Shown in pieces: positions 27,751-36,547 of a DNA stretch of 64,000 nt. The notes under the pieces were generated by a model. That model was not told the origin of the DNA. It saw only the letters and a list, made by a program, of their open reading frames with translations, and searched no databases. The translations under genes were made by a program, and so were the position numbers. The stretch is from a virus. The stretch is taken from the IMG/VR virus record IMGVR_UViG_3300024312_000003, positions 96,001-160,000 of that record; one strand, written 5' to 3'. Numbering within the stretch: the stretch's first letter is position 1; each line of letters begins with the position of its first letter.

Positions 27751-27975
27751 TCAAATATTGGAGTCTGGATTGTTATTGCTTTTTACAGTGTCAGCTGTAT
27801 GGGTGATTAATTCTTTACCCAGAACAACTCGATACATTTGAATCTTCCGATTTGAATCTTCACTCATTCTATCATTAATAAATTGATTTGCTTGATCAAT
27901 TGTATCAAAATCTTTAAAATCAACACCGCCGTCTTCGTAATAACCGTCGTTGTGGAATACAAAAACTTTAGACAT
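27751..27975 (-). CDS. Hypothetical protein
   Basis: 74-aa ORF tiled in an operon. Confidence 0.6.
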   Translation of the reverse strand: MSKVFVFHNDGYYEDGGVDFKDFDTIDQANQFINDRMSEDSNRKIQMYRVVLGKELITHTADTVKSNNNPDSNI

Positions 27976-27987
27976 AGTGATTTCAAC

Positions 27988-28560
27988 TCATTTGTTTTTA
28001 ACAACATGTCCGTCATTTGAAATTACTTCACGACCAGACATGAATTGAATAATGTCGTCTTCGGTGAACAATTTGTATTCACCAAAAACATTAAGAGAGT
28101 TATCTAGACCAACATCAAGGATTCGACCTTGTCCTTGGTATGAACCGTGGCAATGCCCGTGCGCATGGTAACTACCATAATGTTGCCTATGCCAAACATG
28201 CATTGGAAAATGGAACATGCACAGATGTTGTCCATCTTTTAATTTCATTTCTTTATAGTCTTGAAATGAAATTACTTTATTCGTTTTTACTTTCTTCCAA
28301 GTAGTATTACTGTCATGATTGCCCTTAATGCAAACCACATGACAATTTATTCTTTCAATTATTTCTACAATTTCATTAGGGTCTTTGCAGAAAATAAAAT
28401 CACCCAATTCAAAAAGAAAGTCATTTCGTTTGACTGTTGAATTAATAAGATCAATGACCCAATCGGTATGATCTTCAAGAGTCGTGACTGTGCTTCTTTT
28501 TGTATAGTCGAGAATTCTTTTATGCTCGATGTGTAAATCTGATGTAAAGTAATTAGCCAT
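27988..28560 (-). CDS. Calcineurin-like metallophosphoesterase
   Basis: FTSDLH, LGDF, GNHD, HFP, GHCH motifs. Confidence 0.9.
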   Translation of the reverse strand: MANYFTSDLHIEHKRILDYTKRSTVTTLEDHTDWVIDLINSTVKRNDFLFELGDFIFCKDPNEIVEIIERINCHVVCIKGNHDSNTTWKKVKTNKVISFQDYKEMKLKDGQHLCMFHFPMHVWHRQHYGSYHAHGHCHGSYQGQGRILDVGLDNSLNVFGEYKLFTEDDIIQFMSGREVISNDGHVVKNK

Positions 28561-28644
28561 GATATTTCATTTATTATTTCTAAGACATAAAAGAGTGGAA
28601 TTACTCCACTCTTTTATACCCTATCTATCCTGATTTGAACTCAG

Positions 28645-29187
28645 TCATGTAACTGGATTCTCAGTACTAAAACTTCTTTCTTCAGCAATCTTTGTTTGTA
28701 TTGCAAAATTTGCATATAGCTTAAGATCTTGATGAATTTGTTCTTGAGTACTAATGCCTTGTTCTGACAACGCTAGCTCCCATGTCCAAGACTTATCAAT
28801 TGGTAGATCACTATATAGTTCATGATTCTTGGTAGTGACGTGCAGTCTACCAGACGGAGTTTGAATCATTAGACCAATCGTATCTCCATTTTGAAGACCG
28901 CTAAGTCTCGTAGCTCCATACTCAGCGACCAATAGTGAAATGTAAAAATTATTTAAGGTTTTTGCATCTTCTATTTCTTTATACAGTTTATTTCGCAAAT
29001 CTAAAACATGATTCAGTAAATCATTTTTACAACAAAGCTGTTCGAATAGTTTATGGTTTTCTTTTTCTAATCTTGCTTCTTTGTCTGATTGAGTCTTATT
29101 TTTATTTGAATTAATGATCAAATAATGACCCAGTAATCCAGCTAAGAACATCAAAAATGCAAAAATCAAAAAGCTGTCGGTATTCAT
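28645..29187 (-). CDS. Membrane-anchored coiled-coil hypothetical protein
   Basis: N-terminal hydrophobic helix then heptad-like region. Confidence 0.65.
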   Translation of the reverse strand: MNTDSFLIFAFLMFLAGLLGHYLIINSNKNKTQSDKEARLEKENHKLFEQLCCKNDLLNHVLDLRNKLYKEIEDAKTLNNFYISLLVAEYGATRLSGLQNGDTIGLMIQTPSGRLHVTTKNHELYSDLPIDKSWTWELALSEQGISTQEQIHQDLKLYANFAIQTKIAEERSFSTENPVT

Positions 29188-29251
29188 TTTATCTCCAATG
29201 CATATTTGCGCTAAGAACAGTCTGATAAATAGACCGTCTTAGCACAAATAA

Positions 29252-29755
29252 TCAGATAACAATAGCTTTGTTAATAACCACATCCTCGACAGGAACATCC
29301 ATATGCATTCCACGCCGACCTGTCTTGACTTTTTCAATTTGGTCAACAACTTCGAAACCGCTGATGACTTTACCGAAAACAGCGTAACCCCATCCTTGCT
29401 GTGTCTCAGACTTGAAGTTCAGAAAATCATTATTGGCTGTATTAATGAAAAACTGAGCCGAAGCAGAATGTGGGTCTGAAGTACGAGCCATTGAAATGGT
29501 GTACTTTTCATTTCCCAAACCATTGTTTGCTTCGTTCTTAATAGGTTCTTTAGATGGAAGTTTATCCTTCATTCCAGAAAGAAAACCACCTGCCTGAATC
29601 ATGAAACCTTTGATGACTCGATGAAAGGTGACTCCTTCATAGAATCCCTTTTCCACATAATCGATGAAATTAGAAACAGAACTAGGAGCTGCTTCTTCAT
29701 TCAGTTCAATTTGGATGTTACCAACATTGGTTTGCAATTCTACAATCTTTGTCAT
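29252..29755 (-). CDS. ppiB: Cyclophilin-type peptidyl-prolyl isomerase (PpiB-like)
   Basis: [49 protein letters not shown]. Confidence 0.95.
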   Translation of the reverse strand: MTKIVELQTNVGNIQIELNEEAAPSSVSNFIDYVEKGFYEGVTFHRVIKGFMIQAGGFLSGMKDKLPSKEPIKNEANNGLGNEKYTISMARTSDPHSASAQFFINTANNDFLNFKSETQQGWGYAVFGKVISGFEVVDQIEKVKTGRRGMHMDVPVEDVVINKAIVI

Positions 29756-29764
29756 TACTATCTT

Positions 29765-30282
29765 TCAGTGAAAAGGAAACGGTTCTCGGATTGACACCAC
29801 GAGGCCAATCTTGACATCAACCCGGCAACCGTCGACTGTTACTTCTATTTGCAAAGATAGGTGATAACTCACCTGTTGTATATAAGGTCACATCTCTTTA
29901 CTGATGCTTCTCCGCTACCTGCAGATAAAGGGCTATTCTAGCTTCTAAGGGAACTGGCATTATTCCCTCCACCGTCAACCAATCACAAGGTAAGTCAACC
30001 ACTAGGGTGTCTCAAAACCAAGCGACCAATTAACACGAATAATCGCATTGCTAATATAAATCAGTATAAGTCAAAATGCGACAAATGACTTTACTTTACA
30101 GGTCGTTTACCATACTAATGTTTCTTCAACATATTCTGGCCTGTGTGACTACGACTCCACTCATATCTCTTATTCCTTTCGTTCCTTATTATGTTGTATC
30201 AGGGAAAATCAGAGCACCAGGAGTAATGGTGGGCTTTTCAAATTAAACAGTTACCTTGTAAAAAGTAACTATCTTGTTCAAG
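29765..30282 (-). ncRNA. Large structured ncRNA candidate of unknown family
   Basis: About 520 nt with no ORF of 60 aa or more in the track; at least eight stems and a pseudoknot; CATATTAC promoter-like motif directly upstream (30286-30293). Confidence 0.6.
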
Positions 30283-30312
30283 TTAGTAATATGTTACTGT
30301 AATGTTTTTTAA

Positions 30313-30768
30313 TCAGCTCACTGTTGGTGAACCCGACATTTTGTTAGCAATAGATCGACACAAATCAAATTCTGAACGATCGTTCTTTGATTGAATAACA
30401 TGAATCATCCAATCTCGAATAATGTCGATTTCAGTTAGTTGAGTAATATGGATAATCGGAATATTCAAACGCTCACAAATCTGAATTTCTGCTTCAATTC
30501 CTTTTGATTCTTTCCAACCATCCATTTGATAGACAAGCATATACTTACAACTAGAAAGCATTGCTTCATCCAATCTACCCCAATTCTTCCAACCGCCTTC
30601 CATGGCATTTGGTGAGTGTTGAATTAGACCAACATTGTGTACAATTGGAGAGATGACGGGAATACCAGCATTAATTAGCTCAACTGCTTTTTCTGCAACT
30701 TGTTTAACTCTGGCTTCTTGAACAGACTTATCTGGATGAGAATATGGTGAAGCTAGATAACCCAACAT
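30313..30768 (-). CDS. DUF1937 / nucleoside 2-deoxyribosyltransferase-like protein
   Basis: YLASPYSHPD...ISPIVHN...GWKESKGIEAEI. Confidence 0.8.
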   Translation of the reverse strand: MLGYLASPYSHPDKSVQEARVKQVAEKAVELINAGIPVISPIVHNVGLIQHSPNAMEGGWKNWGRLDEAMLSSCKYMLVYQMDGWKESKGIEAEIQICERLNIPIIHITQLTEIDIIRDWMIHVIQSKNDRSEFDLCRSIANKMSGSPTVS

Positions 30769-30854
30769 TACAGTTTCCTTTTAAGTGGTTGTTAACTAAA
30801 AAATATAGATAGCGTGTAAAAAAGGATAGTCGAAAGACTATCCTTTTTTTGTTT

Positions 30855-31280
30855 TTAACAAGAAGCCATGGTTGCTTCGGTATTCCATTTCTCCTTTACC
30901 AGAGAATAAATATCGTCAATATTAACTTGCAGATATTCTACGTTATTCGGATTACCTTCTTTATAACGCATGGCCACTGCGTTTCCAGTACAATATCTAC
31001 GGGCTTGTCTCCCGGATTCTTGAAGAATCAAAACTTCACCATCTTCAAGGAATGGGATCAGTCCTTCGATCTTAATTGATTCATCAGTATCTGGATCCAT
31101 GTCTGAAAACAGATTATGACTTTTAGGAATAAGTGCGTACCTGGTATGATCGGGTTTATTTCCATCTGGAGGAGTTACTTCAACAACTTCAGCTTCTAGT
31201 TTTTCAGCATAAGCCATAAAACCATCAACATCTTTGACTTTGACAAAATTAGTTCGTTGAAATCCGTAATAGTCTGACAT
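30855..31280 (-). CDS. Conserved hypothetical protein
   Basis: MSDYYGFQRTNFVKVKD start, RBS AGGAAA. Confidence 0.7.
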   Translation of the reverse strand: MSDYYGFQRTNFVKVKDVDGFMAYAEKLEAEVVEVTPPDGNKPDHTRYALIPKSHNLFSDMDPDTDESIKIEGLIPFLEDGEVLILQESGRQARRYCTGNAVAMRYKEGNPNNVEYLQVNIDDIYSLVKEKWNTEATMASC

Positions 31281-31332
31281 TTTGATTTCCTAGGTCATAT
31301 ATAGGTAGCGATAATTATCGCTACCTATAGGT

Positions 31333-31638
31333 TTAGTATCTTTGTTTGATATCGTTAATCTGATTAATCAACTCTAGTCGATCACCAGAATTACTCAAAA
31401 GAAATTCATGGACTAAAGAACAAGCTTCTTTCAAATTAGAAGTCTGCTCATTGGTTCCTTGGATTGCGTCAAGTTCCAACTTAATCAACTCTATGATCTC
31501 TTGAATCAGATCTTGATTATCTTGTTCATCAAGTAATTCTATCTGATGAACAAAATTAAGAATAGTAAGAGTGATAGATCCAGCAATATGGATCTTGCCT
31601 AAATCCTCTATGAATTGTTTACATATGTCTTTAAACAT
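31333..31638 (-). CDS. Hypothetical protein
   Basis: RBS GAGGAAA, 101 aa. Confidence 0.6.
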   Translation of the reverse strand: MFKDICKQFIEDLGKIHIAGSITLTILNFVHQIELLDEQDNQDLIQEIIELIKLELDAIQGTNEQTSNLKEACSLVHEFLLSNSGDRLELINQINDIKQRY

Positions 31639-31662
31639 GATTTCCTCTAAAGGTTTAACATA

Positions 31663-31941
31663 TCATTTTACTTGATTCCTAATTGAATCAAGTAAAACCA
31701 TCTTGTCTTCGGGAATAAGAATACTCATTTCTAGATCCGCGTGAAAATTAATGTACGAGTAATTTATTCGATGATCCCATTCAACAATAATTAGCAATTC
31801 ATCGCCACGCATAAGAGATACGTCTCTTATGTAACCGGTTGCTTTTGTAATTGGAGCAATTGCTTTGCATCCAATCAACAACTTAGAAATATTATCTAAG
31901 TCATAAGGGTATTTTGCTTTAAGATTCTTAATCCAAGGCAT
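31663..31941 (-). CDS. Hypothetical protein
   Basis: Tiled ORF. Confidence 0.55.
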   Translation of the reverse strand: MPWIKNLKAKYPYDLDNISKLLIGCKAIAPITKATGYIRDVSLMRGDELLIIVEWDHRINYSYINFHADLEMSILIPEDKMVLLDSIRNQVK

Positions 31942-31947
31942 GATTCT

Positions 31948-32412
31948 TCACTTAATGCTAAATGTTTCATCACTAAAGGATGCATTTTCAGGAATTGTGT
32001 AATAAAACATTCCTGTATTCAGATATTGATTAAATAAATTTCCCTGCATGAAATCATTCACATCATCAATGTATGTTTTAAGACAATTCAATGATTCTGT
32101 ATAAATTGAATTCAAAGGGCATCCGGCTTTACTGATCTTAATCTGAACATCGGCAGGATAAACGGTATCTCCATGCATACTGATCTGCACGGTAATCACA
32201 TCATCAAAAATGTAAGTTGTGGAAAAGATTTTACGTTTTGAATGGTAATGAATGATTACTTTCGTATTTTTAAAAGTAATCACTCGCTTGAAAGTAGTCA
32301 TTCGATGAGACGGGTGAAATTCTACACCAACGTCTCCTTTATCATTCTCACTAAATGGCATTGTGAGAATATATTTACGAATAGCAAGCAAAGTCGAGTT
32401 AATTAATTGCAT
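31948..32412 (-). CDS. Hypothetical protein
   Basis: Tiled ORF. Confidence 0.55.
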   Translation of the reverse strand: MQLINSTLLAIRKYILTMPFSENDKGDVGVEFHPSHRMTTFKRVITFKNTKVIIHYHSKRKIFSTTYIFDDVITVQISMHGDTVYPADVQIKISKAGCPLNSIYTESLNCLKTYIDDVNDFMQGNLFNQYLNTGMFYYTIPENASFSDETFSIK

Positions 32413-32414
32413 TT

Positions 32415-32705
32415 TTAACCTTCAATTACGAGAATGCCATTACCATGATTAATCATGACTGCTTTTCCTGGTTGATCAAATTGAAAACCAATCTCTTCAA
32501 TCTTCAAAATTCTACTCTTAATAATCGAAGAGTTGTTTACTTTTTCTTTTATGACGTCAACCAAATTGTCATAAGAAGAACTAGAGTTGAAAACTCTAGA
32601 GTTAAATTTAGAAGCCAAACCAATAGAAATCGCATAACTACTAATCAATTGGGTTAGCTCATTAAACAATTCTGGACAATTAATTTGCTTGATGAATTGA
32701 TCCAT
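32415..32705 (-). CDS. Hypothetical protein
   Basis: Tiled ORF. Confidence 0.55.
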   Translation of the reverse strand: MDQFIKQINCPELFNELTQLISSYAISIGLASKFNSRVFNSSSSYDNLVDVIKEKVNNSSIIKSRILKIEEIGFQFDQPGKAVMINHGNGILVIEG

Positions 32706-32931
32706 GATCTTTAAAATGTTTGAGTTCGTTATATACTTTTTGAATCAAACTATCATGCTTCCTAGATAAAGAATTCTCTAAAGCATCGATGTGTTTAATA
32801 AGTTCTGAACGGATGTGATCTTCTGGAAAACCGGCTCTTAGAAGATGAATGAAGAGATCCACTGTTTTTCTTGTTTCAGTGTGATTTATATTTTCAAGTT
32901 CTAGCAGCAATGTATGTGGTTCAAGAGACAT
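32680..32931 (-). CDS. Small helical protein, paralogue of the next gene
   Basis: LLLE...LLRAGFPEDHIRSELIKHIDALE. Confidence 0.65.
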   Translation of the reverse strand: MSLEPHTLLLELENINHTETRKTVDLFIHLLRAGFPEDHIRSELIKHIDALENSLSRKHDSLIQKVYNELKHFKDHGSIHQAN

Positions 32932-33145
32932 AAGCTTTTAGATCAATTAGGCTTTCAAGAACACCCATTAATTCTTCATCTTTTGGTTTAGAATCAAGAA
33001 GAGATTCTAAACCAAGAATATGTTTTTTAATTTGATCTTTTATCTGCCACTCAGGAAACCCAGATTTTAGAAGACAAACGTATGGTGATAGACTTTGACG
33101 GGTTTGTAGATTGTCAATTTTTTTAATTTCTAACAGGAGGCTCAT
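32921..33145 (-). CDS. Small helical protein, paralogue of the previous gene
   Basis: MSLLLE...LLKSGFPEWQIKDQIKKHILGLE. Confidence 0.65.
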   Translation of the reverse strand: MSLLLEIKKIDNLQTRQSLSPYVCLLKSGFPEWQIKDQIKKHILGLESLLDSKPKDEELMGVLESLIDLKAYVS

Positions 33146-33758
33146 TGTCTTTCCTATTCTCTTCTTTTTCACGAATCAATCTACAGACAGTAGTTCTGAG
33201 TCCCGGATAACACTCATGAACACTACCCATCAGCTTAATTCGAGTTTTATTTCTCAATCCAGAATTTGGATCACTGTTACTGGGATCACTCAGATGCTCA
33301 AGATTTCTGTTCTGAGCATATTCGTAAATCTTTGATTTTGGAGTGCAAATCAGCGGGCGAATAACGTTGTTATTTTGATATTCCAGAATTTTAGGAGTAC
33401 CTTGGAAAGTACTCATGATGTACCATTCGACAGCATCATCAAGATGGTGACCTGTGAGTACCATCCTGTCCATGGCTTGAAAGATCTTGTATCTTTCACG
33501 ACTCCAATAAGCTTCCTTTGAACCCGGTCCTTTGAATGCTTCGATTTGTTTAACAAGCAATTCAATACCTAGTTCCTTAGAAAGATTTTCAGCAAACAAC
33601 TGTTCCTCATCGCAGAAATTGCCCCTGTGATGAATAAACAACAACTTAACGTCTACTTTTCTCTTTACTAGCAAATGAAGCAATACAGCAGAATCCACAC
33701 CTCCAGAGAAAGCCAGGTACACTGGTGTATTGATTCGCTTAAAGAAACTAATTTTCAT
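33123..33758 (-). CDS. tilS: tRNA(Ile)-lysidine synthetase-like PP-loop ATPase (catalytic domain only)
   Basis: LAFSGGVDSAVL, ERYKIF, LTGHHLDDAVE, IRPL, DPSN, RNKTR; about 211 aa, lacking the C-terminal domains of bacterial TilS. Confidence 0.85.
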   Translation of the reverse strand: MKISFFKRINTPVYLAFSGGVDSAVLLHLLVKRKVDVKLLFIHHRGNFCDEEQLFAENLSKELGIELLVKQIEAFKGPGSKEAYWSRERYKIFQAMDRMVLTGHHLDDAVEWYIMSTFQGTPKILEYQNNNVIRPLICTPKSKIYEYAQNRNLEHLSDPSNSDPNSGLRNKTRIKLMGSVHECYPGLRTTVCRLIREKEENRKDNEPPVRN

Positions 33759-33804
33759 TTTACAATTATTGTTTATCAATTAGAACAAACTCAAGTCTTT
33801 GAAA

Positions 33805-34152
33805 TTAAAGTAAATGAGTTCTGGGACCTAATTCGTAATGATATTTGTAATTACGACATTTGTATAACTTACCAATTTCTTTTTTCCTAACGCGGATAAC
33901 TTCTTTAACACTAACCCAACCAGTGTAATCAGGAATCTTTTTGATTCTGATATTTTTAACTTCTGTACAAACAGATTTTGCACTTTGGGAAATCGGCTCA
34001 ATAAATGCTGAGTACGGAATACCGTAGGTTTTATCTTTCTCAACAGTTATTTTAAATCCCTTGTGAATAACTGATTTGATTGTCTTAATTGTTCGCTTAT
34101 GTTTAAAGCGATATTTCCAATATCTTGCTATTTTGGTATTCTTCATTTTCAA
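33805..34152 (-). CDS. Basic hypothetical protein
   Basis: 115-aa Lys/Arg-rich ORF. Confidence 0.55.
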   Translation of the reverse strand: MKMKNTKIARYWKYRFKHKRTIKTIKSVIHKGFKITVEKDKTYGIPYSAFIEPISQSAKSVCTEVKNIRIKKIPDYTGWVSVKEVIRVRKKEIGKLYKCRNYKYHYELGPRTHLL

Positions 34153-34236
34153 TATATTGAGTTGGTTGATAAAAAATAAATTAAAGTTTAGGGCATATTT
34201 AGGTAGGTAGCTTATCGCTACCTACCTAAATTATGT

Positions 34237-34313
34237 TGGTCGGAGTGGAGAGATTTGAACTCCCGACCATCTGCTCCCAAAGCAGATGCGCTACCAGACT
34301 GCGCTACACTCCG
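34237..34313 (-). tRNA. tRNA-Pro(TGG)
   Basis: CGGAGTG/CACTCCG acceptor, TCTGC-TTTGGGA-GCAGA anticodon arm, CCA. Confidence 0.95.
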
Positions 34314-34526
34314 TCATTCTTCAAACAACTCTTTTTGATTTGCACCGATCTCTTTGAGAGACTTACCGTAAATCTTCCGAGCATTACCACACATCCAACA
34401 AGAACAAATCTTAGGAGTATCGATAACCATTCCGTTATGTTTATCGGAAAGATTACCACCCCAATACTTTTTACGATTCTTCTTCAAACGTTCACGATGA
34501 TGAATGCGAGTTGCACGTCTTGACAT
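34314..34526 (-). CDS. Small basic Cys-containing phage protein
   Basis: CSCWMCGNARK motif; RBS GGAG. Confidence 0.7.
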   Translation of the reverse strand: MSRRATRIHHRERLKKNRKKYWGGNLSDKHNGMVIDTPKICSCWMCGNARKIYGKSLKEIGANQKELFEE

Positions 34527-34598
34527 TTTGTTCTCCAGGAGGTCCTGACCCGGAACAGGTCAGTATCTTGGAGTAAAAATACCAATTAGTAGTTTTCT

Positions 34599-35192
34599 TC
34601 ATTTAAAATATCCATCTGCCATTTTGGCAATTGAATCGATGTGCGGAATCCAAATAGCTCGAAGAACTGGATCTGTCCAAACATTGGCAGTCAAATTCTG
34701 AGCAAGGAATTCATTGCTTTGAGATGTAGTCTTTGTAATTTGACCAGCCGCAACACCAGCTACAAAAGAACCAATTGTAGCAAGATTACATTTTGCAGGA
34801 GTACCAACCAAAAGTACTGGATAATCTTTATCCTGACAATACCAAGCAGCGATACAGCCAGTGGAGTCCTTCATGAAAAATCCCTTACTACCAGTACCGC
34901 CAGGTACCTGTGAGGGATAACATGCGAGTACGTCTTTAACTTCCTTGCAAGATTTAGAAACTCCGGGATTCGGATCAGTTCCAAAAGTGGTATTGTTACA
35001 AATGTATGTGCCTGGAGTAAAATCTTTACTAACCCACTTTGAACCAGCGCCATAAGTTACTCTGGTATCTTTCAGAATGGTCATGGTTTTACCACCAGAC
35101 ACATTAACAACTTGAGTTTGTGCTTGGACTGAACCCAACATTAGAAATGTTGAAAAAACAAAAAATAAAAAGCTTTTCAAAGAATATTTCAT
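34599..35192 (-). CDS. Secreted hypothetical protein
   Basis: Signal peptide (..LMLGSVQA), Cys-containing module YGAGSKW..CNNTTFGTDPNPGVSKSC. Confidence 0.7.
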   Translation of the reverse strand: MKYSLKSFLFFVFSTFLMLGSVQAQTQVVNVSGGKTMTILKDTRVTYGAGSKWVSKDFTPGTYICNNTTFGTDPNPGVSKSCKEVKDVLACYPSQVPGGTGSKGFFMKDSTGCIAAWYCQDKDYPVLLVGTPAKCNLATIGSFVAGVAAGQITKTTSQSNEFLAQNLTANVWTDPVLRAIWIPHIDSIAKMADGYFK

Positions 35193-35206
35193 GATTTTCT
35201 CATTGG

Positions 35207-35280
35207 TGGAGCGGGCGACGGGGATCGAACCCGCGTCATTAGCTTGGAAGGCTAAGGTTCTACCATTGAACTACACCCGC
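35207..35280 (-). tRNA. tRNA-Gly(TCC)
   Basis: GCGGGTG/CGCCCGC acceptor, TTAGC-CTTCCAA-GCTAA anticodon arm, T73-CCA. Confidence 0.95.
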
Positions 35281-35313
35281 AGATTAAGAAGAAGTTCTTC
35301 TTAAGATATTGCT

Positions 35314-35523
35314 TTATTTGGAAGAAATACAAGAGTACGGATTAGCATATCCATCATTCTTTTCAGGATCATAAATCAACGTACCCTTTTGAGCAATGCA
35401 AGAATTGATTGTTGCTCGGAATTTGTATTGTGTCGAATTAAAATACAAAATAGACACAATTGAAAGAGCCAAAATAATGGCTGCGACATAAATAGAAATC
35501 GGAGTATCTTTATACGAACTCAT
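35314..35523 (-). CDS. Small membrane protein
   Basis: One TM segment plus a Cys pair. Confidence 0.6.
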   Translation of the reverse strand: MSSYKDTPISIYVAAIILALSIVSILYFNSTQYKFRATINSCIAQKGTLIYDPEKNDGYANPYSCISSK

Positions 35524-35548
35524 GATTTATAGTAATTTAGTGGATGGA

Positions 35549-35581
35549 TGGTGCCGGTTGACAGTCTCGAACTGCCGACCT
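35549..35581 (-). pseudogene. 3' half of a disrupted tRNA (Thr-like)
   Basis: AGGTC-GGCAG-TTCGAGA-CTGTC-AACCGGC-A-CCA; pairs with the 5' half at 36277-36300. Confidence 0.85.
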
Positions 35582-36152
35582 ATTCAATAATTATTGGTTT
35601 CACCCAATAACCCCTTGGCGGTTTTTCTATTGAATATATTTTACACCATTTTTCAATTGTCTTATCGGAAACACCATAATCCTTAGAAATATGGGTAGTG
35701 GGTTTCGACCAGACTAACTTCTCAAGAGTCTCTTTAGAAGGTCTATCTTTAACTATCCGTGCTCCAATTTTTGAACAGTTTGCTGAGCAATATTTAAATT
35801 CAGGATAAATAGGGTATTCGCAAACGATACACCGTATACACCCCAATTTAATTCTTTCAGAAAATTCTTTGTTTGGTTCAAAAGAATATTTATTCATCCA
35901 ACCATGCAGTTTAGCATGCATTGGATTTGAAAGAATCAACAAATTGTCAGGAGAATTATTTTGTCTATTTTGATCCAGATGATGAACTACTTCTCCTTCT
36001 AGAAGCGATCTTCCCATCAGATTCTCAGCAACAACAATATGTTCGTAAACATATCCTTCGTAAGATCCCGAAGCTATAGCTCTCGGATGATATGGCATCT
36101 TGACCAAAACATATCCGTTGGTATCAATTGTTCGTCTAAAAAGTTTGTACAT
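35580..36152 (-). CDS. HNH homing endonuclease
   Basis: GYV..EHIVVAENLMGRSLLEGEVVHHLDQNRQNNSPDNLLIL..HAKLH, zinc-ribbon CIVC..YCS and C-terminal HTH; probable start MYKLF. Confidence 0.9.
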   Translation of the reverse strand: MYKLFRRTIDTNGYVLVKMPYHPRAIASGSYEGYVYEHIVVAENLMGRSLLEGEVVHHLDQNRQNNSPDNLLILSNPMHAKLHGWMNKYSFEPNKEFSERIKLGCIRCIVCEYPIYPEFKYCSANCSKIGARIVKDRPSKETLEKLVWSKPTTHISKDYGVSDKTIEKWCKIYSIEKPPRGYWVKPIIIE

Positions 36153-36165
36153 GATTTTGATTGGA

Positions 36166-36240
36166 TGGTGCCCTGTCTGTGAATCGAACACAGATCGCCG
36201 CCTTACAAGGGCGGTGCTAAGACCTTCCAGCTAACAGGGC
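36166..36240 (-). tRNA. tRNA-Thr(TGT), divergent
   Basis: GCCCTGT/ACAGGGC acceptor, CCGCC-CTTGTAA-GGCGG anticodon arm, CTGTG-TTCGATT-CACAG T-arm, CCA; atypical D-loop. Confidence 0.85.
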
Positions 36241-36276
36241 ACTATGAAACAGAAACAAATACAGATTTAGAAAGAA

Positions 36277-36300
36277 CTCTACCAACTGAGCTAAACCGGC
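36277..36300 (-). pseudogene. 5' half of the disrupted tRNA (Thr-like)
   Basis: GCCGGTTTAGCTCAGTTGGTAGAG (acceptor 5' strand plus D-arm); the anticodon arm is absent. Confidence 0.85.
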
Positions 36301-36352
36301 GACTTAGATAACAAACCAAGAGTCAGGAGATATTTCTATCTCCTGACTGAAA

Positions 36353-36429
<77 letters not shown>

Positions 36430-36547
36430 GTTATCTACTAAACCATGGAAGCGTGTGCTTCTTTCCAAATCATAGATGATTGTGGTAAAAAAGTATTTGT
36501 TTTTCCATATCTATCAATATTGTAATATGGTTCTGAAATACTTTTGA

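Noticed and set aside
34233-34523. Plus-strand ORFs overlapping tRNAs (also 17149..17364)
   Set aside because: Typical antisense-tRNA translation artefacts (VGVERFELPT, AVRFELT).
35549-36300. Group I intron in a tRNA anticodon loop
   Set aside because: No P7/R/S core, and the anticodon stem is missing on both sides, so splicing could not rebuild a tRNA.
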